From an uncultured Verrucomicrobiae bacterium (GTDB lineage Bacteria > Chlamydiota > Chlamydiia > Chlamydiales > Rhabdochlamydiaceae), in contig CAVSUE010000002.1 of the NCBI GenBank assembly GCA_963731265.1, forward strand, positions 1-64,000: 64,000 nucleotides of DNA. The letters are read 5' to 3'. Shown piece by piece: positions 37,087 to 45,289 of the stretch; positions within the stretch are counted from its first letter, which is position 1, and every line of letters begins with the position of its first letter. The notes beneath the pieces were generated by a model. The model was not told the DNA's origin and made no database searches. It was given only the letters and a program-made list of their open reading frames with translations. A program made the translations under genes and the position numbers.

Positions 37087-38283
37087 ATGGCAAAACTAAA
37101 ATTGCAAGACCTCGATCTTAGGAATAAAAAAGTCCTCATGCGCGTCGATTTCAATGTTCCATTGAATAATGATGGATCCATCGCCGACGATACTCGGATC
37201 CAAGAGTCGTTGCCTTCCATCCGGTCTATACTTAAGGCAGGCGGTAGCGTGATTTTGATGAGCCATCTGGGAAGGCCTAAAGCCCGCGACTCGAAATTCT
37301 CATTGGCCTCTTGCGCAAAAGCACTTTCTCAATTGCTTGGAATTTCCGTACTCATGACCGATGACTGCTTGGGCGAAAAAGTGGAAAAAATTACCAGGGA
37401 TTTAAAACCGGGCCAAGTGGTCCTTTTGGAAAATTTACGCTTTTATCCCGCTGAAGAAAAACCTTCTCTCGATCCCTCATTTGCCAAAAAGCTCGCAGCA
37501 CTCGGAGAGATTTATGTGAATGATGCTTTCGGCGCCGCTCACCGCAGCCACTCCTCGACCGCAACGATCGCACAGTATTTTCCCGGAAAAGCCGCTGCAG
37601 GTCTGCTCATGCAAAAAGAAATCGATTCCCTTTCTTCTCTTCTCAATCCCCAAAGACCTTTTTATGCGATCATTGGAGGAGCGAAAATCTCGACAAAAAT
37701 GGGCGTTCTCAAATCGTTGATCTCTAAAGCGGACGGAATTTTTATTGGGGGGGGAATGACTTTTACATTTTTCCTCGCTCAAAACATTAAGATAGGCAAT
37801 TCCATTCACGAAGACGATCAGATCCCCGCGGCTGTCGAATTTTTAAAAACATGCGGCGAAAAAAAAGTGCCCTATTGGCTACCTAAAGATCTTATTATCG
37901 CCGATGCTTTCCGCGACGATGCCAAAACGCAATGCATTCCATCTTCTCAAGGCATCCCTCACGGATGGCAGGGAATGGACATAGGGCCTCAAACCCTCAA
38001 GGAATGGAAAAAAGCCCTGCAAAAGGCCGCTGTTATTTTCTGGAACGGCCCGCTTGGCGTATTCGAATTTCCCCATTTTGCTAAAGGGACGGAAGAAATT
38101 GCTAAAATAATTTCTTCCCTTAATGCAATTACTGTCGTTGGAGGAGGAGATTCCGTCTCCGCCATCAATAAATGCGGATTGGGTTCTTCCTTTTCCCATC
38201 TTTCGACCGGCGGCGGGGCCTCATTAGAATTTATTGAATATGGGCATCTGCCAGGAATTGATGCATTATCAGATTGTCCTTAG
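37087..38283 (+). CDS. pgk: Phosphoglycerate kinase
   Basis: RVDFNVP, SHLGRP, LLENLRF, NDAFGAAHR, WNGPLGVFE, STGGGASLE. Confidence 0.97.
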   Translation: MAKLKLQDLDLRNKKVLMRVDFNVPLNNDGSIADDTRIQESLPSIRSILKAGGSVILMSHLGRPKARDSKFSLASCAKALSQLLGISVLMTDDCLGEKVEKITRDLKPGQVVLLENLRFYPAEEKPSLDPSFAKKLAALGEIYVNDAFGAAHRSHSSTATIAQYFPGKAAAGLLMQKEIDSLSSLLNPQRPFYAIIGGAKISTKMGVLKSLISKADGIFIGGGMTFTFFLAQNIKIGNSIHEDDQIPAAVEFLKTCGEKKVPYWLPKDLIIADAFRDDAKTQCIPSSQGIPHGWQGMDIGPQTLKEWKKALQKAAVIFWNGPLGVFEFPHFAKGTEEIAKIISSLNAITVVGGGDSVSAINKCGLGSSFSHLSTGGGASLEFIEYGHLPGIDALSDCP

Positions 38284-38323
38284 AGACTCTTGTCAGAAAA
38301 AAATTAAATGTATGACGACAGGC

Positions 38324-38511
38324 TACACAAACAACCTGAAGAATCGGTTTTTTTGATGGCGTCGGTAGCCCACTGACTTGAGCCCATCTCAATCCCCCAA
38401 CTTATTTAAGTGAGTCTGCCCCGCCTCAAGCTAGCGCCCCGTTACAAAAATTTTTGCAACGGGGCCGAAGGGCCTTCTTGTCAAATTCCCGTTATTCAGG
38501 TTGTTTGTGTA
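38324..38511. mobile_element. MITE with perfect 17-bp TIR, carrying a collapsed copy of another element
   Basis: TACACAAACAACCTGAA / TTCAGGTTGTTTGTGTA; inner CTAGCGCCCCGTTACAAAAATTTTTGCAACGGGGCC at 38431-38466; abuts a short TAGAG...GACAGGCTA remnant (38281-38325) at the pgk stop. Confidence 0.7.
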
Positions 38512-38579
38512 TTTTTAAAATTAGTTTACGTGGGCACTAAAACTGTAACTTTAATCTATAAACCCTGGACGCTTATTCG

Positions 38580-38607
38580 TTGTCAAATAAGCTAAAAACC
38601 CTATAAT
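38580..38607 (+). promoter_or_regulatory. Putative sigma66 promoter of the nucleotide transporter gene
   Basis: TTGTCA-16 nt-TATAAT about 115 bp upstream of the ATG. Confidence 0.5.
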
Positions 38608-38720
38608 AAGGGGATTCTTTGAGATCATTGGGGCTATGAGACAGAGGAAAGAGGCCAAATAATAATAAGATTTAAATCCTCTTCTTTCTAATTTTTGCTC
38701 CTCTGCAACCAAGGCGGGGT

Positions 38721-40286
38721 ATGTCTTCTACGGCGGGTTTTGGTAGACTTCGAGCGTTCATTTGGCCGATCTATCGCCATGAGCTGAAAAAGTTCATTCC
38801 TCTTCTTCTAATCTTTTTTCTCGTCGGATTCAACTATAGCCTATTGCGTGGGACCAAGGACACACTTGTCGTGACCGCTCCCTATTCCGGAGCAGAAGCC
38901 CTGCCCTATTTAAAAGTTTGGGCGATCGTCCCGATGGCGCTCCTTTTTACTTTTATATTCACACGCGTTTCAAATCGCCTATCCAGGGAAAGAATTTTTT
39001 ACGCCATGATGGGCATATTTATCGTTTTTTTCCTGCTCTTCATGTTCTTCCTTTATCCTTTTCAAGGAGTGCTCCATCCCCATGCATTTTGCGATCGGAT
39101 CCAGGAAATGCTTCCCCGGGGCTTGCAAGGATTTGTCGCTATCTTCCGCAATTGGACATTTACTTTGTTCTACATCATGGCCGAAATGTGGAGCACCATC
39201 ATCATGACCGTTATCGCTTGGGGGTTTGCCAATGACGTGACTAACGTCAAAGACGCCAAGCGCTATTATGGCCTCTTGGGAATCGGCATTAATCTTTCGG
39301 GAGTTGTCGCTGGATCGTTCTCGACATCGTTGTCTCAAAATACTTTTCACCCTTCCCTCCCGTTTGGGGCGACTGCTTGGGATCAAACAGTCTTTCTTTT
39401 ATGCGGGGTTTTTGTGCTTGCTGGGGTATTGTGCATGGTGCTCTTCCGGTATATCCATAATCAAGGCCAAGGATATAATTCTCCTTCTTACCAAAAAATG
39501 AACAGCGGGAATGAGGAAGTAAAAATGGGGCTGCGTAAAAATTTCGCTTACCTCACAAAATCAAAATATTTAATTTGCATTGCAGTCATCGTTGTCATGT
39601 ATAATTTCGCCCTGAATCTCGTTGAGGTTGTGTGGAAAGATCAGGTCAAACAGCTCTATCCTAATCCATCCGATTTCAATGCTTATATGGGACAAGTCTT
39701 GACCTGGATAGGCATTTTGGCGACAGTGATCAGCGTATTCATTTCCAGTTCGATTATCCGCAAATTCAATTGGACCACAAATGCGCTCATTTCTCCGATG
39801 ATCCTGTTAATTACGGGCATAGGATTCTTTTTCTTTTTCTTCTTTAAAGACTCCAGCTTCGCTTCCTTTGCTTCCTGGTTTGGTATGACCCCGCTTGCCC
39901 TTTGTGTCTTTTTCGGATCAATGCAGAACTGCCTTGCTCGAGCCTCGAAATTTACCCTGTTTGACGCGACAAAAGAGCTCGCCTTCATTCCTTTGAGCAA
40001 AGAGTGCAAACTAAAAGGAAAAGCGGCGATCGACGGCGTCGGTTCGCGCATCGGAAAATCAGGCGGGTCCGTGATCCACACGGGTCTGCTTATGGTGTTT
40101 GGCACCATCGCACTCAGCACTCCTTATGTCGCAGCGTTGCTTTTGTTCGTCATCGCAGGTTGGATCGCAGCAGTCCGTGCGCTGGGCAAACAGTTCAATG
40201 CACTCGTCTCCCATCAGGAAACCCTCAAAGACCCTGACGAAGAGGTCCAGCCTGTTCTTCAGCCTGTGATGGCCGACTCTAAATAA
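38721..40286 (+). CDS. Nucleotide transporter, TLC/NTT (ATP/ADP translocase) family
   Basis: WPIYRHELKKFIP, LRGTKDTLVVT, NWTFTLFYIMAEMW, NLVEVVWK, KGKAAIDGVGSRIGKSGG; substrate class cannot be assigned by eye. Confidence 0.92.
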   Translation: MSSTAGFGRLRAFIWPIYRHELKKFIPLLLIFFLVGFNYSLLRGTKDTLVVTAPYSGAEALPYLKVWAIVPMALLFTFIFTRVSNRLSRERIFYAMMGIFIVFFLLFMFFLYPFQGVLHPHAFCDRIQEMLPRGLQGFVAIFRNWTFTLFYIMAEMWSTIIMTVIAWGFANDVTNVKDAKRYYGLLGIGINLSGVVAGSFSTSLSQNTFHPSLPFGATAWDQTVFLLCGVFVLAGVLCMVLFRYIHNQGQGYNSPSYQKMNSGNEEVKMGLRKNFAYLTKSKYLICIAVIVVMYNFALNLVEVVWKDQVKQLYPNPSDFNAYMGQVLTWIGILATVISVFISSSIIRKFNWTTNALISPMILLITGIGFFFFFFFKDSSFASFASWFGMTPLALCVFFGSMQNCLARASKFTLFDATKELAFIPLSKECKLKGKAAIDGVGSRIGKSGGSVIHTGLLMVFGTIALSTPYVAALLLFVIAGWIAAVRALGKQFNALVSHQETLKDPDEEVQPVLQPVMADSK

Positions 40287-40292
40287 AGAGCC

Positions 40293-40422
40293 AATTGCAT
40301 AACTCTTTGCCGCGTACAATCGCCTTTGATACCTCAGCCCGGTTCGCTTCAGCTCACCTGCTTTGCACTGCGCAGGTCCACCGGACCTTCTCGTGTTTTC
40401 GGCGGCGTGTCGTTTGCAAATT
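40293..40422. repeat. Intergenic repeat of the GGTTCGC...AGGTCCACCGGAC family
   Basis: Shares GGTTCGCnnnAGCTCACyTGC and AGGTCCACCGGACyTTCTCG with 50012-50062. Confidence 0.6.
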
Positions 40423-40903
40423 AAACTTTAAATAATTGAGCCCATAGAAAATCCCCTAATGCAAATCCGACGAGACCAGCAAACAGGCTGCATATCAGGC
40501 TTAAATAAACATTTGTCTTCTTTGCGCCGAGAAGGGCTCCCACCGCCAAACACCCCACGTAAAACAATAGATCCAATACAAGCGAGAGATATGTCGGCAC
40601 GGGCACCATTGCACCCATACAATTGCACGGAAGCCTTACGTTTACCCAAAAAAGGGCATATCCTCCCCAAGCGCCAAAGATGACGATAGCCGCAAGCCAT
40701 GTCTTCCATTTGTTCCTGAAGAAAAAAATCGCCAAGAAAAATAAAATTTCAAAAACCCCGACAAACCGTTCAAAAGTTTTAAGGGATTCGATAGGGAAAA
40801 AAATTTTTCCTATTGCCGCGATAATCAGAACAACTCCGATCAGTAGGGCGCTGCTCAAAGCGATTGTCTTTGAAGTCCTTAGAAAAAATTTCTTGCCGTC
40901 CAT
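40421..40903 (-). CDS. MauE/DoxX-like membrane protein
   Basis: Several TM segments and a PCNCMG motif. Confidence 0.5.
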   Translation of the reverse strand: MDGKKFFLRTSKTIALSSALLIGVVLIIAAIGKIFFPIESLKTFERFVGVFEILFFLAIFFFRNKWKTWLAAIVIFGAWGGYALFWVNVRLPCNCMGAMVPVPTYLSLVLDLLFYVGCLAVGALLGAKKTNVYLSLICSLFAGLVGFALGDFLWAQLFKV

Positions 40904-40993
40904 GTCATCAATCTATATGCTGTTATGTATTTTTGTTTAGTTCAAAAAAAACGGACTCCACGTTTTATTATCCGATATGTTATACATTTTAGT

Positions 40994-41620
40994 ATGGAAC
41001 ATTTGAATCAAATCATCGCAACCCATGCTCATCATGCTCACTGGTATATCTTTATTGCGATCATTTTAGCGGGTTTCAATATTCCATTTAGCATAGATGT
41101 GATGATGCTTGGAGCCGCTATTTTGGCGGCAACGATTATTCCCGAAAACACTTGGATTCTTTTTTCCAGCGTCTTATTCGGATGCTATTTTTCAGCCATG
41201 TGCGCTTATTGGCTCGGTCGGCTGATAGGGTCAGCTCTGGGCAAGAAAAAGTTCTTTTCAAAATTACTGAGCCCTCAGCGTCTTCAAAAAATGAAACATT
41301 TTTATGACAAATACGGTCTTTGGACCCTTGTCATAGGCCGGTTCATTCCCTTTGGCGTGCGTAATTGCATCTTCATGTCGTCAGGGATAAGCAAAGTGCC
41401 CTTTGGTAAATTTATCTTGATGGATGCGCTTGCCTGTTCGTTGTGGTGCAGCACATGTTTTTATTTATTTTTCACCCTCAGCCAAAACTACGAACTGATT
41501 TGGCATTATCTCAAAACGTTCAACCTGCTGATTTTTGCTGCTTTCAGTGTGACGGTAATTAGTATCATTTGGTATAAAAGTAGAAAGAAGACTCGGAAGA
41601 GAAATCTACCGACGAATTAG
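40994..41620 (+). CDS. DedA family membrane protein
   Basis: AGFNIPFSID, YWLGR, KYGLWTLVIGRFIPFGVR; start set at ATG 40994. Confidence 0.85.
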   Translation: MEHLNQIIATHAHHAHWYIFIAIILAGFNIPFSIDVMMLGAAILAATIIPENTWILFSSVLFGCYFSAMCAYWLGRLIGSALGKKKFFSKLLSPQRLQKMKHFYDKYGLWTLVIGRFIPFGVRNCIFMSSGISKVPFGKFILMDALACSLWCSTCFYLFFTLSQNYELIWHYLKTFNLLIFAAFSVTVISIIWYKSRKKTRKRNLPTN

Positions 41621-41635
41621 TTTTTCCAACGCATA

Positions 41636-42148
41636 GTGCAAATGCTAACTTTACACAACGGCCTATCCTTTCTCAGAGCTCCCCTGGCTTTTCTATTTCT
41701 AATAGAAAACACGTCATTTCGTATCCTTGCAATCCTGTTGGCGATGCTAACCGACAGCGTTGATGGCTATTTGGCGCGGCGCTGCAAAGCAGTTACACGG
41801 TTTGGCGCCATCTTAGATCCTGCCATGGACAAATTCTTTGTCTTTTTTGCATTGACAATTCTATTTTTGGAAAGAAAAATTCATTTGTGGCAAGGCTGCG
41901 CGATGATCTCTCGTGATTTCTTTTTGGTCTTCTTTGGGATTTATCTTAGTCTAACCGGACATTGGGAGAGCTATCGGTTTACCTCTATCCGCTGGGGAAA
42001 GGTGACGACGGCCCTTCAATTTCTGGTCCTTATCGGTCTTACGCTTGGATATACTTTCCCAAGCTATTTTTACTGCATCTTTATTCTTTTTGGACTACTT
42101 GCCTTCATCGAGCTCTGGCAGATCAAAAAGAATAGACCCATTGCATAA
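41636..42148 (+). CDS. pgsA: CDP-alcohol phosphatidyltransferase (PgsA-like)
   Basis: TDSVDGYLARR...FGAILDPAMDK signature. Confidence 0.8.
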   Translation: MQMLTLHNGLSFLRAPLAFLFLIENTSFRILAILLAMLTDSVDGYLARRCKAVTRFGAILDPAMDKFFVFFALTILFLERKIHLWQGCAMISRDFFLVFFGIYLSLTGHWESYRFTSIRWGKVTTALQFLVLIGLTLGYTFPSYFYCIFILFGLLAFIELWQIKKNRPIA

Positions 42149-42151
42149 TTT

Positions 42152-42236
42152 CAATCCTCGAAAATGAAATGCATTGAGCGCGTGAAAACGGCGCTATTTA
42201 ACGCAGCTGAAATGCAAGTTATTTTTCCGAGGGTTG
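42152..42236. repeat. Short palindromic intergenic element
   Basis: CAATCCTCGAAAATGAAATGCA ... TGCAAGTTATTTTTCCGAGGGTTG; a similar half-element lies at ~57550-57585. Confidence 0.45.
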
Positions 42237-42245
42237 GTTGCCCCT

Positions 42246-42547
42246 TAAAAATCTGTCTACTGATTTTGTTATTTTGATTTTCGATGATTTTTTCTTTAGG
42301 ATCTAATTCGGCGCCACAGAATACAGTTAAATAACTAGTGCCCGTTTCAAAAATTTTTGAGATAATTTCTAGCGTGAAAGCTCGCTAGAATCGACGACCG
42401 CAGGCTTCGCAAGTTGATCCGTATTAATTCAATACGGATCAACTTGCGATCGTCGATTATATCGGCTTTGACGCAGAAATTATTCCAAAAATTTCTGAAA
42501 CGGGGCACTAGGTCAAGGCGTGGCTAAAATCCGTGGACAGGCTCTTA
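42246..42547. mobile_element. TAGAG(T/C)CTGTC-family MITE interrupted by a second MITE (42335-42511)
   Basis: Outer arms match 21978-22133. Inner element CTAGTGCCCGTTTCAAAAATTTTTG / CAAAAATTTCTGAAACGGGGCACTAG has a perfect 19-bp central stem at 42407-42449. Confidence 0.8.
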
Positions 42548-43660
42548 GGGGCCTCCAGTAACAGTAGGAAGGGATCTTCCATAAAGAGAGGCAGTTTCTC
42601 CACTCATTTTACCCGAAATAGCAAGCATCGGCATGGGCATTTCCGCTCCGGCCTCCAATAACACTTTATACACTGCAATCAAGAGCTCATGTTTGACCAG
42701 CAAGTATTTTTCATAGCGTGTTTGCAGCGTATAAGCGTCGATGTACAAATCCAAAGCAAAGTGATTAAAACTTTTTAGAACAACAAGAATGGGAAGATGC
42801 GGGTCGATATCCAGATTACCGGCGAGCACAGCTTTAATCTTATCCACAAGTTCAGGAACGCGGAAAAAATCTTCATAGCGCACACCTATTGTCTCTTCGA
42901 TGCGGCGATGGGTCATCCGCGAGACGTTAATGACTTGGGCCTGCGAAAAAATCGAATTGGGCAGGTAGACGGGCCTCTTTTCCTTATCCCGGACAGTGGT
43001 CAAATACCAACTGATTTCTTCGATTTGCCCTTCCAATTTCTGGTCAGGCAAGAAAATAGAATCGCCGACGACAAAAGGGCGGTTAACGTAAAGCATGAGT
43101 CCGCTGCAAAAATTTGCGATCACATCTTTTCCCGCAAAACCAATGGCTGCTGTGCCGATTCCACCGAATGCAATCAGAGGACTCACGTTCAACCCCCAGA
43201 TTTGAAGAACGATCATCAAAGAAACAGCGATAATGATTATCGATGAAATTTTTCCGGCAATATCGACAAATCCGGAATCGACCTTTCGATGAAGATGGTC
43301 TTTATTCAAAACATCCCGCTGGAGGATTGTCTTCCACCGGAGCAGGATCCATGCCCCGCAGAGTGCAAAGCCTGTACTGCGAAAACCGTGAATATAATTT
43401 TCAAAAAACGAAAATTCAAACTGCCGCCCCAAAACATCGATGATGAGTGTTAGTCCCAAAATCCATAATAAAATTTGAAAAGGCAGAAAAAGGATTTGAT
43501 CGATTTTTTCCTTCCAATCGTGCGTGACTGAAAGCGAACGATGGCGGATATGTTTAATAATTCTTTTAAAAAGATAATTAACGGCTAGCAGAACGAGAAT
43601 GCCGATCACAATCTCAAAAAACCAAACCCTATCTGCCACCGAAGAAGACAAAGTATCCAT
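42545..43660 (-). CDS. mscS: Small-conductance mechanosensitive channel
   Basis: FGGIGTAAIGFAGKDVIANFCSG, RPFVVGDSI, EGQIEEISWYLT, VYLPNSIF. Confidence 0.88.
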   Translation of the reverse strand: MDTLSSSVADRVWFFEIVIGILVLLAVNYLFKRIIKHIRHRSLSVTHDWKEKIDQILFLPFQILLWILGLTLIIDVLGRQFEFSFFENYIHGFRSTGFALCGAWILLRWKTILQRDVLNKDHLHRKVDSGFVDIAGKISSIIIIAVSLMIVLQIWGLNVSPLIAFGGIGTAAIGFAGKDVIANFCSGLMLYVNRPFVVGDSIFLPDQKLEGQIEEISWYLTTVRDKEKRPVYLPNSIFSQAQVINVSRMTHRRIEETIGVRYEDFFRVPELVDKIKAVLAGNLDIDPHLPILVVLKSFNHFALDLYIDAYTLQTRYEKYLLVKHELLIAVYKVLLEAGAEMPMPMLAISGKMSGETASLYGRSLPTVTGGP

Positions 43661-43876
43661 GCTGATTTACCCACGTTATTAACACCTCAGTTTCTCAAGC
43701 AGGGGCATTTTTCTGCCAGCAAAAAGGGAGCATGGGGTGTAACTAAAAGCTGTACTATACTGTTGACACTTGAAGGTTATAAAAAATTTTAACCGCCAAC
43801 AGTATATTATCTAGCTCAAAATCAGGTTCTCTTTTAAGATTCTGTTATATCACGCATTGGATTTTTGGGAGCCATC

Positions 43877-44935
43877 ATGCAAGTCGCTAAAGAATCGATC
43901 CTCGTTGCCGCCGTCCGGACGTTTTGCAAGTGTTTTGCCGGCATTTTCGGCGTTTTAATCGGAGTACTGCTCATCTTTTTTGTTCTGATGATGTTCACCT
44001 CTCCCGACATTTATCCCCCAAAAAGCAGTTTAATGATTTCCCCCGACGCCGAGGGCAATCGCGACCTTCTTTCGGGCAGCAGTCCTGTGATTCTGAAACT
44101 CGATATTGTCGGCGTAATAGGCACAAGAGATTTGACCACGGAAAAAATTCAAAATTGCCTCTTCGATTCACGGGAAGGAATGCTTGGGCCGGACCGTGTG
44201 AAAGCAATTCTTTTGAATATTAACACGCCGGGAGGGACTGTCGATGACTCGGACGGTATTTATCGCTTGCTTATGGACTATAAGAAAAAATACCAAGTGC
44301 CGGTTTATGCCTATATCGACGGGTTGTGCGCTTCGGGGGGCATGTATATTGCTTCTGCGGCTGATAAAATCTTTGCATCTCCTTCCAGCGTCATCGGTTC
44401 TGTCGGAGTTATTTTGGGGCCCGCGTTTAATTTTTCCGGACTCATGGATAAATACGGAGTTCAATCCTTGACCCTTACTCAAGGCAAGGACAAAGATATG
44501 CTTAATCCCTTTAGGCCCTGGCAGCCGAACGAAGATGATTGCCTAAGAAATATCACTGCCGCCCTCTACGACCGTTTTTTAACTATCGTAACAGCAGGCC
44601 GTCCAAACTTAAACCGCGATAAACTTGTCAATGAATATGGAGCGCAAGTTTTCGTAGGCAAACAAGCGCTGGAGAATGGTTATATCGATGCCGCGGATGC
44701 CAATTACACTATGGCCGTTGCTGAGCTTGTCAAAGAAGCAAAAATTCCGGAAGATATGCATTACCAAGTCATGACGATTGAACCGATGCTCCCCTTCTTC
44801 GCCGAACTCACCAGGGAAAAATTCTCGTTGCTCACTGGTAAAATCACGCATCAGTTTCAAATCAACGCTTTTATGAGTTCCGAATTAAGCGGTAAGCTCC
44901 TTTATATGTATTTGCCGGGGATGGCTTCACAATAG
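43877..44935 (+). CDS. sppA: S49 signal peptide peptidase (SppA/SohB)
   Basis: INTPGG, CASGGMYIASAAD, IGSVGV. Confidence 0.85.
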   Translation: MQVAKESILVAAVRTFCKCFAGIFGVLIGVLLIFFVLMMFTSPDIYPPKSSLMISPDAEGNRDLLSGSSPVILKLDIVGVIGTRDLTTEKIQNCLFDSREGMLGPDRVKAILLNINTPGGTVDDSDGIYRLLMDYKKKYQVPVYAYIDGLCASGGMYIASAADKIFASPSSVIGSVGVILGPAFNFSGLMDKYGVQSLTLTQGKDKDMLNPFRPWQPNEDDCLRNITAALYDRFLTIVTAGRPNLNRDKLVNEYGAQVFVGKQALENGYIDAADANYTMAVAELVKEAKIPEDMHYQVMTIEPMLPFFAELTREKFSLLTGKITHQFQINAFMSSELSGKLLYMYLPGMASQ

Positions 44936-45265
44936 TAACCTGAGTTTTTGGGTTTATACCGAAATGAATTCGAAATTTGGAAATTTGGCAAGGAGGCGCC
45001 CTGAAAAACGCCGGCGCCGAAGCAGCGCAACTTGAACAAGTTGCGCGATGCAGGCGGGCTCAAATGCAGTGGCTGCCCGACGCAGCAAAAAACCAAATTT
45101 CGCGTTCATTTCGGTATAGATTAGATTGCCGTGGATTCGAGGCGATTTTTGTGAATTTTGGCGCGTTCAATAGCTGGAGGCACCTATGGACGCGCAAAAA
45201 TTTGCAAAAAGTGCCCGAAAGATATGGCAAGAAACTATGAAATGCACCCAAAACTCTGGTTAGTA
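44933..45265. mobile_element. MITE starting at the sppA stop codon, with a nested TATACCGAAA-family MITE (44955-45118)
   Basis: Outer ends TAGTAACCTGAGTTTTTGGGT / ACCCAAAACTCTGGTTAGTA; inner ends TATACCGAAATGAATTCGAAATTTGG / CCAAATTTCGCGTTCATTTCGGTATA. Confidence 0.78.
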
Positions 45266-45289
45266 AGCCCTCCCTCCCTTTAGAATTCC

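Noticed and set aside
44902..45251. Short ORFs between sppA and polA
   Set aside because: They lie within nested MITE-like elements
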